From: an uncultured Candidatus Rokubacteria bacterium
Lineage (GTDB): Bacteria; Methylomirabilota; Methylomirabilia; Rokubacteriales; DASRDR01
Assembly: GCA_963805625.1 (NCBI GenBank)
Contig: CAWDVE010000017.1
Coordinates: 800,001-864,000, forward strand
DNA: 64,000 bases
Reading direction: 5' to 3'
Position numbers and translations under genes: made by a program. This document shows, one piece after another, positions 46,697-56,191 of the stretch. A model generated the notes under the pieces. It ran no database searches and was not told the DNA's origin. It worked only from the letters and a program-made list of their open reading frames with translations. Position 1 is the stretch's first letter. Each line of letters begins with the position of its first letter.

Positions 46697-47230
46697 ATGA
46701 TCTTCGAGCCGACGTCTCTCGCCGGGGCGCTCATCGTGGAGCCCGAGTTGCGTCGGGACGAACGGGGCTTCTTCGCGCGCACGTGGTGCCAGGAGGAGTT
46801 CGCCGCGCGCGGTCTCAATGCCAGGCTGGTGCAGTGCAGTCTGTCCTTCACCGAGCGCCGCGGAACTGTGCGCGGCATGCACTATCAGGACGCTCCCCAT
46901 CAGGAGACGAAGCTGGTCCGTTGCGTTCGAGGGGCCATCCACGACGTGATCATCGATCTCCGGCCGCACTCGCCCACCTTCCGGCACCATTGTGCAGTGG
47001 AGCTGCGGGGAGGATCCTATCGGATGCTGTACGTCCCCGAGGGCGTGGCACACGGCTTCCAGACGCTGGAGGACGATACGGAAGTCTCGTACCAGATGTC
47101 GGAGTTCCACCGGCCGGACGCCGCGCGGGGCGTCCGCTGGGACGACCCGGCCTTCGCCATTCCATGGCCCGAGCCCGTGCGCCTCGTCTCGGATCGAGAC
47201 CGGGCGTACCCGAATTTCGGTGGTAGATGA
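46697..47230 (+). CDS. rfbC: NDP-4-keto-6-deoxyhexose 3,5-epimerase (RmlC/RfbC family)
   Basis: DERGFFAR, GTVRGMHYQ, KLVRCVRG, DLRPHSPTF, AHGFQTL, GVRWDDP. Confidence 0.93.
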   Translation: MIFEPTSLAGALIVEPELRRDERGFFARTWCQEEFAARGLNARLVQCSLSFTERRGTVRGMHYQDAPHQETKLVRCVRGAIHDVIIDLRPHSPTFRHHCAVELRGGSYRMLYVPEGVAHGFQTLEDDTEVSYQMSEFHRPDAARGVRWDDPAFAIPWPEPVRLVSDRDRAYPNFGGR

Positions 47231-47299
47231 CGGGCGGCCGCCCCGCGCGGGCACGCGCTCCGGGGCGAGGGCGCGCCGGCGTCCGCCCGCGGTGGTGAC

Positions 47300-48136
47300 G
47301 TGACCGTCGTCCTCTTCTGCGGCGGTCTCGGGATTCGCCTCCGGGCGCATGTCCCCGGCACCCCGAAGCCCCTGGTGCCGATCGGCGGCGAGCCGATCCT
47401 GTCGCACCTGATGCGATGGTACGCGCATCATGGCCATCGGGAATTCGTGCTCTGCCTCGGGCACGGCGGCCCCAGGATCATACGTCACTTCCTCCAGCGA
47501 CGGGACTGTCTCGGGGCGGAGTCGCTTCCCGGCGGGAGCCAACGGATCCGCCTCCGCCTGGGCCACCTTGGCGAGTGGACCGTGACCCTGGTGCCGACTG
47601 GACGCGGCGCCAGCATCGGCGAGCGGCTGCGCGCCGTTCGATGGCACCTCGACGGCGCGACGTTCCTTGCCAACTACGCCGATGGCCTGTCGAACCTGGA
47701 CCTGCCAGACTTCATCGCACGGTTCCTGGCGAGCGGCGCGCTCGGTGGACTCATCACCGTGCGCCCCCCTTCCACTCACCACCTCGTCTCGGTGGGCAGC
47801 CACGGGATGGTGGAGAGCGTCCGTCCCCCTGCGGAGTCGGGTCTCCGGGTCAACGGCGGCTTCTTCGCCTTCCGGCGCGAGGTCTTCGACTGGCTCGATG
47901 CCGGCGAGGACCTCGTCGATGACCTGTTCCCACGATTGGTGGCCCGCCGCCGGCTCTTCGGCTACCCGCACGAGGGCTTCTGGGCTTGCATGGACACGCC
48001 CAAGGACTGGCTCGCCCTGGAGGAGATGGAGGCCACGGAGAACACGCCGTGGAAGGTGTGGCTCTCGGTCCCTGGGGCTGGGCGGGCGCCCGCCGAAGGG
48101 GTGCCCCGGCTGGCCCCCAGCGATCGCGGCGCGTAG
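47300..48136 (+). CDS. rfbF: Glucose-1-phosphate cytidylyltransferase
   Basis: VVLFCGGLGIRL, PKPLVPIG, FLANYADG, VNGGFF, GFWACMDTPKD. Confidence 0.85.
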   Translation: MTVVLFCGGLGIRLRAHVPGTPKPLVPIGGEPILSHLMRWYAHHGHREFVLCLGHGGPRIIRHFLQRRDCLGAESLPGGSQRIRLRLGHLGEWTVTLVPTGRGASIGERLRAVRWHLDGATFLANYADGLSNLDLPDFIARFLASGALGGLITVRPPSTHHLVSVGSHGMVESVRPPAESGLRVNGGFFAFRREVFDWLDAGEDLVDDLFPRLVARRRLFGYPHEGFWACMDTPKDWLALEEMEATENTPWKVWLSVPGAGRAPAEGVPRLAPSDRGA

Positions 48137-48181
48137 GGTCGGGCCGGCCGCTGCCATCGGGGTGGGGCGCGCGGGGGCGGC

Positions 48182-48841
48182 TCACGGAGCGGCCAGGACG
48201 ACCTTGCGCGCGTAGAACGCCTCGGCGAAGCGGACCCGGGCCTGGATCCCGCGCAGGCTCAGGGCGCCGAGGAAGACATCGCGGGTGAACCACGGCTTGC
48301 TCGTCTGGGACTGGTAGGCGTCGAGCAGGTATCGCACCTTGGCTTCGGCGACATCGTCATCGAGTGGCACCAGGAAGTTGGGCGCGCCGTCGGGCTCGGG
48401 ATCGTACTTGGGCGTCTCGTACTCGAGGATCATGTGGTCGCGGAACGTGCTCCAGGTGAGCTCGGCGACGAACCGGTGATCCTGATGCCAGTCGCCCCGG
48501 TAGGGCGTGAACACCACGTCGGGATCCACTCGCGCCTTGAGGGACTCGAAGTAGTCCTTGACGCGCTCCGCGTGGTAAGGGAGGTAGCCGTCACGGAACC
48601 GCTCGACCACCAGCTGTCGCATCTCCACTCCAGCGAGGAAGGAGTCGGCGGAACGCTGCGCCTCGCGGGCGCGCTCGTCGTCCGCGCTCAGCACGACCCA
48701 CTCCACGACGAGATGGGGATTGGCGCGCGCCAGGGTGAGGATGGTCCCCCCGCAGCCGATCTCGATGTCGTCGCAGTGGGCGCCGAGGCATAGCACCCGG
48801 AGGGGCCGGTTACGCGGGCCGGCGAGCTGCAGGGTCCGCAT
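48182..48841 (-). CDS. PIG-L/LmbE family deacetylase
   Basis: LGAHCDDIEIGCGG, FRDGYLP, DWHQDH, LEYETPKYD, YQSQ. Confidence 0.9.
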   Translation of the reverse strand: MRTLQLAGPRNRPLRVLCLGAHCDDIEIGCGGTILTLARANPHLVVEWVVLSADDERAREAQRSADSFLAGVEMRQLVVERFRDGYLPYHAERVKDYFESLKARVDPDVVFTPYRGDWHQDHRFVAELTWSTFRDHMILEYETPKYDPEPDGAPNFLVPLDDDVAEAKVRYLLDAYQSQTSKPWFTRDVFLGALSLRGIQARVRFAEAFYARKVVLAAP

Positions 48842-49208
48842 CAGCCGCCTGCCGGGGCCATCGAGGCAAGACACCCGGTGCGATGCGGGGCGTCGGGCCC
48901 AGGGTATCCCGGGCTGTCGCACGCACGGATCGCGCATGTCACCGTGGTGCCGCCGACGGATGCCCGCTCCGCCTGGTCAGCTCGATTCGTGCCGGTCCGC
49001 ATCGAGGTCCCTGGAGGATAGCCGAGGCCGAGGCGCGTCGCCAGGGCGGTTTACAGCGCTCGGCGGATGCGACGTCCCGGGGTGCCTGCACCTGGCGTCT
49101 CGCGAGTGCTCCCTGAGGCCCGTGACGACCTTCGTCCTACAGAGATCGCCCCGCCACGCGGGCCTCCCCGCCACTCGATGCTCACCTGGTCCAGTTGGCC
49201 CGGGCCCC

Positions 49209-49238
49209 TTGACAGGGCTGCCGGTACCCCGAGAGAAT
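49209..49238 (+). promoter_or_regulatory. Putative sigma70 promoter of the sugar ABC operon
   Basis: TTGACA-N18-GAGAAT followed by a leader hairpin (GGGTCGA...TCGACCC) and GGAGG RBS. Confidence 0.5.
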
Positions 49239-49331
49239 CGCGCCGTCACGGGGTCGAGCCGCCGAAGGGGCGTCGGTTGCCCCCGCCGGTCGGCGTCGAC
49301 CCACCACATCCGACTCGACCGGAGGGATGCC

Positions 49332-50627
49332 ATGAGCCGACTGGATCGCCGGACCTTCCTTAAGGGCGCGGGGATGCTCGGCGCCTCGACGGCGCTCGCT
49401 GGCGCCGGCGCCCGGCCCGCGCGCGCCGACAAGCCCATCAACTTCAGCGGGTGGGTCTTCAAGCCCGACACCGTCAAGGACTACGTCGACTTCTACAACC
49501 AGAAGCATGGCGGCCAGGTGAAGTACGAGGCCATCCCGTGGGCCCAGTACCACCCGACGATGGAGACCCGGTCCTTTGCCGGCGAGGTGGTGGACGTGAT
49601 GTACTGCGCCCACAACTTCCGCGAGCGCTGGCACGAGAACGGGCTCCTGCGGAAGGTCGACGACCTCCCGGGCATGGACGAGCTCAAGAAGAAGATGACG
49701 CCGGCGAATCTCGAGAGCCTCAAGAACAAGGACGGCTCCCTCTCGTCGCTCCCCTATTTCACGAGTCTCTTCGTCCTGATCTACAACGAGCCGATGCTGC
49801 AGCAGGCGGGGATCAAGGCACCGGCGAAGAGCTGGGACGAGCTCATGGATCATTCCATGAAGCTCAAGCGCGACAAGGTCAGCGAGACCCCGTACCTGCC
49901 CAACTGGAACAACAGCCCCTCGGGCACGATGCTGCAGTTCATGGCCGACTGCTTCTCCGAGGGGGCGAACGTTTTCGACGCGAAGAACCAGGTCATCGTG
50001 GACCAGGAGCCCGGCGCCGCCCGCGCCATGGAGCGCTGGCAGAAGGCGTGGAAGGCCGAGCTGGTCAACCCCGAGGTCCTCACGAAGACCTCCTCGACCG
50101 ACACGCACCGCCTGTTCTGGACCGGGCGCTACGCCTACACCACGACCCACTCCTACTACCTCAAGAGCAGCGCCGGCGAGCCCGAGAACTCGAAGCTCGC
50201 CCCCAAGAAGGCGAAGCTGGCGATGTATCCCGGTACGGGCCAGACGTACATGTGGACCGACAGCTACACGATCAACGCCAAGACCAAGAACGTGGAGGAC
50301 GCCTGGAAGCTCCTTCGGTTCCTGGGCGGCAACCTGAACGGCGACTGGTACGTCCAACGGCAGTGGTGCCTGATCGCGGGCCTGGACAACCCGTACCCCG
50401 AGATGTACGACCATCCCGAGATCGTGAAGTCCTACGACAACTGGATCGATCTCAAGCTCCTGAAGACCCAGTACACGAAGGGCAAGGTCATCGCGGCCTA
50501 CAAGGAGCCCTGGTACGGCGAGTACGACACGAAGGCCATCCCGATCGTGCAGAACATCATCCGCGGCACCCTGACGGTGCCGCAGGGTCTGAAGGACCTG
50601 GCGAAGCTCCAGAAGTCGCTCGCCTAG
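49332..50627 (+). CDS. Carbohydrate-type ABC substrate-binding protein, Tat-exported
   Basis: Twin-arginine signal DRRTFLK; LPYF..LIYNEPML..AGI..P.SWDEL; AWKLLRFL. Confidence 0.88.
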   Translation: MSRLDRRTFLKGAGMLGASTALAGAGARPARADKPINFSGWVFKPDTVKDYVDFYNQKHGGQVKYEAIPWAQYHPTMETRSFAGEVVDVMYCAHNFRERWHENGLLRKVDDLPGMDELKKKMTPANLESLKNKDGSLSSLPYFTSLFVLIYNEPMLQQAGIKAPAKSWDELMDHSMKLKRDKVSETPYLPNWNNSPSGTMLQFMADCFSEGANVFDAKNQVIVDQEPGAARAMERWQKAWKAELVNPEVLTKTSSTDTHRLFWTGRYAYTTTHSYYLKSSAGEPENSKLAPKKAKLAMYPGTGQTYMWTDSYTINAKTKNVEDAWKLLRFLGGNLNGDWYVQRQWCLIAGLDNPYPEMYDHPEIVKSYDNWIDLKLLKTQYTKGKVIAAYKEPWYGEYDTKAIPIVQNIIRGTLTVPQGLKDLAKLQKSLA

Positions 50628-50654
50628 GACCCCCGCGGGGTAGGGGAGCTCGGG

Positions 50655-51659
50655 ATGGGTGCCGAGCCCACGGGGGCGCCCGAAGCCCTCCGCATCGAGA
50701 GGGCCGACCGGAGGCGGACGCGCACCGCCCTCCGGCCGGTCGTCCTCTCGGAAGCGGCGTTCGCCTGGCTTCTCGTCGTCCCGGCCGTGCTCGGCATCCT
50801 CCTCGTCGTCGTCTTCCCGCTCGTCTACTCGCTCTGGATGAGCTTCACCGAGGTGAACCTGCTCCGCGCGACGGGACCCGCGATCGAGCTGTTCGGCGTG
50901 CGGCTCCCGCTGTTCCGGTACGTGGGCCTCGAGAACTACGCGCGGACGTTCGCCGACCCCGTGTACTGGAGCTCCCTCTGGCGCACCCTCTACTTCGTGG
51001 CGGCCTTCGTTCTCGAGGCCACGCTGGTCGGTCTCGGGATGGCCCTCGTGCTCCACGAGCGCTTCGCGGGCCGGCCGCTGATGCGGAGCCTCCTGCTCGT
51101 CCCGTGGTCTCTGTCGCGCGTCGTGGTGGGGCTCCTCTGGATCGGGCTCCTGGACTTCGAGTTCGGCGCCCTCAACGGCGTCCTCCACCGGGCGGGCCTG
51201 ATCGACGGGTACATCGCGTTCTTCAAGGACGGCTTCCAGGCGCTGAACGTGCTGGTGTCGGTCTACATGTGGAACCAGGCGCCGTTCGCAACGCTCCTGT
51301 TCCTGGCGGGCATGCAGTCGATTCCCGAGGAGCTCTACATGGCGGCCGCCGTGGACGGCGCGGGCTACTGGCGGCGGCTCTGGTACGTCACGCTGCCGGC
51401 GCTGAGACCCATCCTGTTCCTGATCCTCGTGCTCAGCACGGTGAACGGCTTCCTCATGCTCGATCTGATCTACGTCCTCACGATGGGCGGCCCCGGCCAG
51501 GACACCACGACCATCTCCTGGCTCGGGTTCCAGACGGCCTTCAGCTTCTTCAAGTTCGGCCCGGGCACCGCGATCCTCTACACGCTGACGGCGCTGTGCC
51601 TGCTCCTGACGTTCGTGTACCACTGGGTCGTGCTCCGCCGGTTCGAGGCCGAGGCCTGA
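50655..51659 (+). CDS. Carbohydrate ABC permease
   Basis: YVGLENY, EAA-type loop IPEELYMAAAVDGA, LTMGGP. Confidence 0.9.
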   Translation: MGAEPTGAPEALRIERADRRRTRTALRPVVLSEAAFAWLLVVPAVLGILLVVVFPLVYSLWMSFTEVNLLRATGPAIELFGVRLPLFRYVGLENYARTFADPVYWSSLWRTLYFVAAFVLEATLVGLGMALVLHERFAGRPLMRSLLLVPWSLSRVVVGLLWIGLLDFEFGALNGVLHRAGLIDGYIAFFKDGFQALNVLVSVYMWNQAPFATLLFLAGMQSIPEELYMAAAVDGAGYWRRLWYVTLPALRPILFLILVLSTVNGFLMLDLIYVLTMGGPGQDTTTISWLGFQTAFSFFKFGPGTAILYTLTALCLLLTFVYHWVVLRRFEAEA

Positions 51660-52534
51660 TGGGCGGGTCGATCGTCGGCGAGCGCGGACTCGCGCGCCGC
51701 ATCCTGGTCTACGGCCTGGTGGGCGCGGTGACGCTCTGGCTCATCGGCCCGTTCATCTGGCTGTTCGTCACCAGCGTGTCGTACCAGAAGAACCTGCTCG
51801 CCCGGCCGTTCTCTCCCATCCCGCCCGAGATCACCTTCGACAACTACCGGATGATCTTCGGGCTGGTGCGCTTCCACGCCGAGGGGCAGGCGGCGAAGAT
51901 CCTGCCCTCCATGCTGAACACCCTGATCGTGGCCACCGTCGTGACGGCGCTGAACCTCGTGGTGGGCACGACCGCCGGGTATGCCTATGCCCGCTTCCGG
52001 TTCCCGTTCAAGGGCGTGTCGCTCTACGCCCTGCTCTTCACCCGCATGCTGCCCACGATCGTCCTCATCCCGGCGTTCTTCCTGATGTTCCGGACGCTGG
52101 GACTCCAGAACTCGCTGACCGGGCTCACGATCGCGTACTGCGCCTTCACCCTCCCCTTCACGATCTGGATCATGAAGGCGTACTTCGAGACGATCTCTGC
52201 CGAGCTCGACCGGAGCGCCCTGGTGGACGGCTGTAACCGTCTCCAGGCTTACTACCGCGTCATCCTGCCGGTCTCGGGGCCCGGGCTGGTGGCGGGCGGC
52301 GCCTTCACCTTCATGCTCTGCTGGAACGAGTTCCTCGTGGCCCAGGTGCTGAACACGAAGCCCGGCACCACGACGCTGCCCCCGGTGATCGCTGCCATGA
52401 ACGCCCAGATCAACATCGACTACTCGGTGATCGCCGCTTCCGGTTTCCTCGGGGCGCTGCCGGCGGTGATCCTCGTCCTCGTCTTCCAGCGATACCTGGT
52501 CCAGGGCCTGACCGCCGGTTCCGTCAAGGGGTAG
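51659..52534 (+). CDS. Carbohydrate ABC permease
   Basis: AGYAYARFRF, ELDRSALVDGC, WNEF, QRYLVQGLTAGSVKG. Confidence 0.9.
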   Translation: MGGSIVGERGLARRILVYGLVGAVTLWLIGPFIWLFVTSVSYQKNLLARPFSPIPPEITFDNYRMIFGLVRFHAEGQAAKILPSMLNTLIVATVVTALNLVVGTTAGYAYARFRFPFKGVSLYALLFTRMLPTIVLIPAFFLMFRTLGLQNSLTGLTIAYCAFTLPFTIWIMKAYFETISAELDRSALVDGCNRLQAYYRVILPVSGPGLVAGGAFTFMLCWNEFLVAQVLNTKPGTTTLPPVIAAMNAQINIDYSVIAASGFLGALPAVILVLVFQRYLVQGLTAGSVKG

Positions 52535-52629
52535 GCGAGGCGCGCGCGGCGCCGACCGCGCGCCGGGGGCCGTGGCGTTCACGTCGACCCGCGTTGCTGG
52601 GCGCCTCGATCCGGTGATAGATTCCCGCC

Positions 52630-53553
52630 GTGATCCGGTTCGCCGCGCGCCGCTTCGGCTTCATGCTGGTGATCCTTGTGATCAGCAGCGTGATCGTCTT
52701 CGTGGTCGGGCGGCTTGCGCCGGGCGATCCGGTGCAGCTCCTGATGGGCGACCTGCGCGACCCCGTGGTCGAGGCGCGGGTGCGGCACGACCTGGGCCTG
52801 GATCGCCCGCTCTGGGTGCAGTACCTCCGATTCGCCGGGCACGCGCTGCGAGGCGATCTCGGCCAGTCCTACGCGAACCCCGGCCGGTCGGTGAACCGGA
52901 TGGTCGCCGAGGCGCTCCCCGCCACGGCGCGGCTCGCCGCCGTAACGGTGGCGCTCGCAATCCTCCTCGGCGTGCCGCTGGGCGTCCTCTCGGCGGTCGG
53001 GCGGGCGTCCGCGACGGACCTCCTGGCGCGCCTGGTCGCGCTCGGAGGCATGTCGCTGCCGAGCTTCGTGGCCGCGGTGCTCCTGATCCAATGGCTTGCC
53101 CTCGGCTGGCACGTCGTGCCGGTGTCAGGCTGGGGCGAGCCCCGCCACTATGTTCTCCCGGTCCTCGTGCTGCTGGTCCAGCCGCTCGCGTACATCACGC
53201 GGGTCACGCGGGCGGGCGTGCTCCGCGTCCTGCCGGAGGACTACGTGCGCACGGCGCACAGCAAGGGCCTGTCGCCGTGGCGGATCCTGTCGCGGCACGT
53301 GCTGCCGAACGCCGCGATCTCGATCATCACGATCGCCGGGCTGGCCTTCAGCTACGCGCTCACCGGCGCCTTCGTCGTGGAGACGATCTTCCGCATCCCC
53401 GGGCTCGGGCAAGCGGCGATCGGTGCGCTCTTTCTGCGGGACTACCCGATGGTCCAGGCGGTGGCGCTTCTCTACGCGGCGATCTTCATCGGAACCAGCT
53501 TCCTGGTCGATCTCGGCTACGCCTTCATCGATCCCCGAATCCGCTACCGATGA
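52630..53553 (+). CDS. Peptide/nickel ABC permease (DppB/OppB-like)
   Basis: APGDP, GLDRPLWVQY, GDLGQSY, DYVRTAHSKG, VETIF, DPRIR. Confidence 0.9.
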   Translation: MIRFAARRFGFMLVILVISSVIVFVVGRLAPGDPVQLLMGDLRDPVVEARVRHDLGLDRPLWVQYLRFAGHALRGDLGQSYANPGRSVNRMVAEALPATARLAAVTVALAILLGVPLGVLSAVGRASATDLLARLVALGGMSLPSFVAAVLLIQWLALGWHVVPVSGWGEPRHYVLPVLVLLVQPLAYITRVTRAGVLRVLPEDYVRTAHSKGLSPWRILSRHVLPNAAISIITIAGLAFSYALTGAFVVETIFRIPGLGQAAIGALFLRDYPMVQAVALLYAAIFIGTSFLVDLGYAFIDPRIRYR

Positions 53554-54455
53554 CGGGCGGGGCAGAGCCGCTGGCCGACCCCACGCTCGTGCCGGGGATG
53601 CGGCCCGCCGAGCGGCGGCGCGGGCGGCTGCGGCGCGCCCTTCGCCGCGACCAGACGTCGGTGTGGGCGGGGCTGATCCTGGCGCTGGTCGTCGCCGGGA
53701 GCCTGCTCCTGCCGGTGACCCTCCCGTACCGCTACGACCAGCAGAGCCTGGACCACACGTTCGAAGGGCCGACGGCCCGACACTGGCTCGGCACCGACCA
53801 GTACGGCCGCGATCTCCTGACGCGTCTCGCGCATGGCGGCCGCATCTCGCTCGTCGTGGGGGTGGTCACGGTCCTGGCCGAGATCCTCCTGGGCGGGTTC
53901 CTGGGCGGGGTGGCGGGCTACGCCGGCGGGATGCTGGACGAGTGGCTGATGCGCCTGACGGACATGATGCTCGCCTTTCCCGCGCTCCTGCTGGCGCTGC
54001 TCCTCGCCGCCATGCTGGGGCCGGGGACGACGACGGTCGTCGCGGCCCTGACGCTTGCCGGCTGGCCCGCCATGGCCCGCACGGTGCGCGGCGAGATCCT
54101 GAGCCTGAAGGAGTGGGAGTTCGTCGTCGCGGCCCGGGCGCAGGGGGCGAGCGCCGGCCGCGTCCTCCTGCGGCACCTCCTGCTTAACACCGTGCACCTG
54201 ATCGTTGTCCGCGCAACGCTCGACATCGGGCCGATCATTCTGAGCGAGGCGACGCTCAGCTTCCTCGGCCTCGGCGTGCAGCGGCCGACGCCGTCGTGGG
54301 GCGTCCTGATCGCGGATTCGTTCCAGCACCTCCAGAGCGCGCCCGCCCTGGCCATCGTCCCTTGCGTCGCCCTGTCGGTCACCATCCTGGCCCTCAACTT
54401 CGTCGGTGAGGGAGCGGCCGAGGCGATGGATCCCAGCATGCGCGGGGCACCTTGA
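53550..54455 (+). CDS. Peptide/nickel ABC permease (DppC/OppC-like)
   Basis: HWLGTDQYGRD, GGRISL, EFVVAARAQGA, LSFLGLG..P.PSWG. Confidence 0.9.
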   Translation: MTGGAEPLADPTLVPGMRPAERRRGRLRRALRRDQTSVWAGLILALVVAGSLLLPVTLPYRYDQQSLDHTFEGPTARHWLGTDQYGRDLLTRLAHGGRISLVVGVVTVLAEILLGGFLGGVAGYAGGMLDEWLMRLTDMMLAFPALLLALLLAAMLGPGTTTVVAALTLAGWPAMARTVRGEILSLKEWEFVVAARAQGASAGRVLLRHLLLNTVHLIVVRATLDIGPIILSEATLSFLGLGVQRPTPSWGVLIADSFQHLQSAPALAIVPCVALSVTILALNFVGEGAAEAMDPSMRGAP

Positions 54456-54564
54456 CGCCACCGGGCGGCTGACCGATTCTGACTCGGATGCCGGTCCCCG
54501 GTCGGCGATCGGGACCTAGCGGGCTGACATGACGGTTGCGCAACGTACTGACCGGAGGATCACG

Positions 54565-56166
54565 ATGCCACGTCACGGACTTGGATTTCTCGCTGTGCTG
54601 GCGGCCGCGGCCGTTCTCTGCGTCGCGGTCGCGCCGGCCGGCGCTCAGGCTCCCACCGCGTTCCGCTCGGCCCTCTTGGGGGAGCCGCCGCACATCGATC
54701 CGCAGCGCATGGCGGACTTCGGCTCCTTCACGGTTACGAGCCAGATCTACTCGACGCTCACGATCCTCAACGACAAGCTGCAGATAGTCCCGTACGCGGC
54801 CGAGAAGTGGACGGTGTCCCCTGACGGGCTCACGTGGACCTTCAAGCTGCGCGACAACCTCGTGTTCCACAACGGCCGCAAGGCGGACGCCAACGACGTC
54901 AAGTACTCGGTGACGCGGCTCGCCTCGCCGGATTCGCGCTCGCCGAGCTCCTTCCTCCTTCTGTCGGACGTCGTCGGCTTCGAGGCGGTGAACAAGCATC
55001 AGGAGAAGGACCTGGCCGGCGTCCGCGTGATCGACCCCCTGACCGTCGAGATCCGGCTCCAGTCTCCGCCGAAGGGCGACCTGGCGACGCGCCTCTCGCA
55101 CATCTCGACGGCCATCATCGCGCGCGAGGCGGTGGAGGCCGGCGGGCCGAACTGGGCCGAGGCCCAGCCGATCGGGACGGGTCCCTGGAAGCTCAAGGAG
55201 TGGGCCCACCGCTCGAAGGTCGTATACGACGCGTTCCCCCAGTTCTTCGAGGGGAAGCCGAAGGTCGACCGGCTGGAGATGCCGATCGTGCAAGAGCCGG
55301 CGACGCAGCTGGCGATGTACCAGAACGGCGAGCTGGACGTGGTGCTGGTTCCGCTGGGGGACTACCCGCGGCTCAAGGCCGACCCCAGGTGGGGCAAGGA
55401 GATGAAGGTGTGGGACCGCACGCAGGTGCAGTTCCTCGCCCTCAACCCGCGGGTCTACGCGCCGTTCAAGGACGTCCGCGTCCGTCAGGCGTTCGCCCAG
55501 GCGATCGACAAGCAGAAGGTGATCAACCAGGTGTTCCACGGGCTCTACATCCCGGCGGCCGGGATGCTCCCGCCCGGCATTCCCGGGTATGACGCTCAGC
55601 TGAAGGCGCTCCCGTACGATCCCGCCCGGGCCAAGCAGCTCCTGGCTGACGCGGGCTTCCCGGATGGCAAGGGGCTGCCGCCCCTGACCATGACGGTCAA
55701 CCCGGTGACGGCTGACTACCGGATGATGACCGAGCCGATCGCCGCCATGCTGAAGGATACGCTCGGGGTCAGCATCGAAGTGCAGATGCAGGAGTTCGCG
55801 AGCTACACCGCGGCGATGAACCGCCGCGACGTGCTGCCGTCGTTCATGACCGGGTGGAGCGCGAGCACGCTCGACGCCGGGTACTTCCACGAGCTGTGGC
55901 TCTACAGCAAGTCGCCGCTGAATCGCGTGAACTACGAGAGCGCGGCGTTCGACCGGCTCATCGAGCAGACCAACGGGGCGCCCGACCGGGCCCGGCGCAT
56001 CGCCTTCATCAAGCAGGCCGACGAGCTCATCACGAAGGACGTGCCGCTCATCCCGATCATGTACACGCGGTTCGTGTATCTGATCAGCCCGCGGGTGAGG
56101 GGCCTCGAGTCGGTGCCGCTGGGCCTCGGCTTCGGCCCGTTCCGGGCCGTCGAGATCGCGCGCTAG
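54565..56166 (+). CDS. Family 5 (peptide/nickel) ABC substrate-binding protein
   Basis: Signal peptide; SPDGLTWTFKLR, FHNG, IGTGPW, VRQAFAQAID, YDPARAKQLLADAG; TTGACG-N17-GATTCT upstream. Confidence 0.9.
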   Translation: MPRHGLGFLAVLAAAAVLCVAVAPAGAQAPTAFRSALLGEPPHIDPQRMADFGSFTVTSQIYSTLTILNDKLQIVPYAAEKWTVSPDGLTWTFKLRDNLVFHNGRKADANDVKYSVTRLASPDSRSPSSFLLLSDVVGFEAVNKHQEKDLAGVRVIDPLTVEIRLQSPPKGDLATRLSHISTAIIAREAVEAGGPNWAEAQPIGTGPWKLKEWAHRSKVVYDAFPQFFEGKPKVDRLEMPIVQEPATQLAMYQNGELDVVLVPLGDYPRLKADPRWGKEMKVWDRTQVQFLALNPRVYAPFKDVRVRQAFAQAIDKQKVINQVFHGLYIPAAGMLPPGIPGYDAQLKALPYDPARAKQLLADAGFPDGKGLPPLTMTVNPVTADYRMMTEPIAAMLKDTLGVSIEVQMQEFASYTAAMNRRDVLPSFMTGWSASTLDAGYFHELWLYSKSPLNRVNYESAAFDRLIEQTNGAPDRARRIAFIKQADELITKDVPLIPIMYTRFVYLISPRVRGLESVPLGLGFGPFRAVEIAR

Positions 56167-56191
56167 GGCGAAGAGGGGAGAGGAGACGGCG

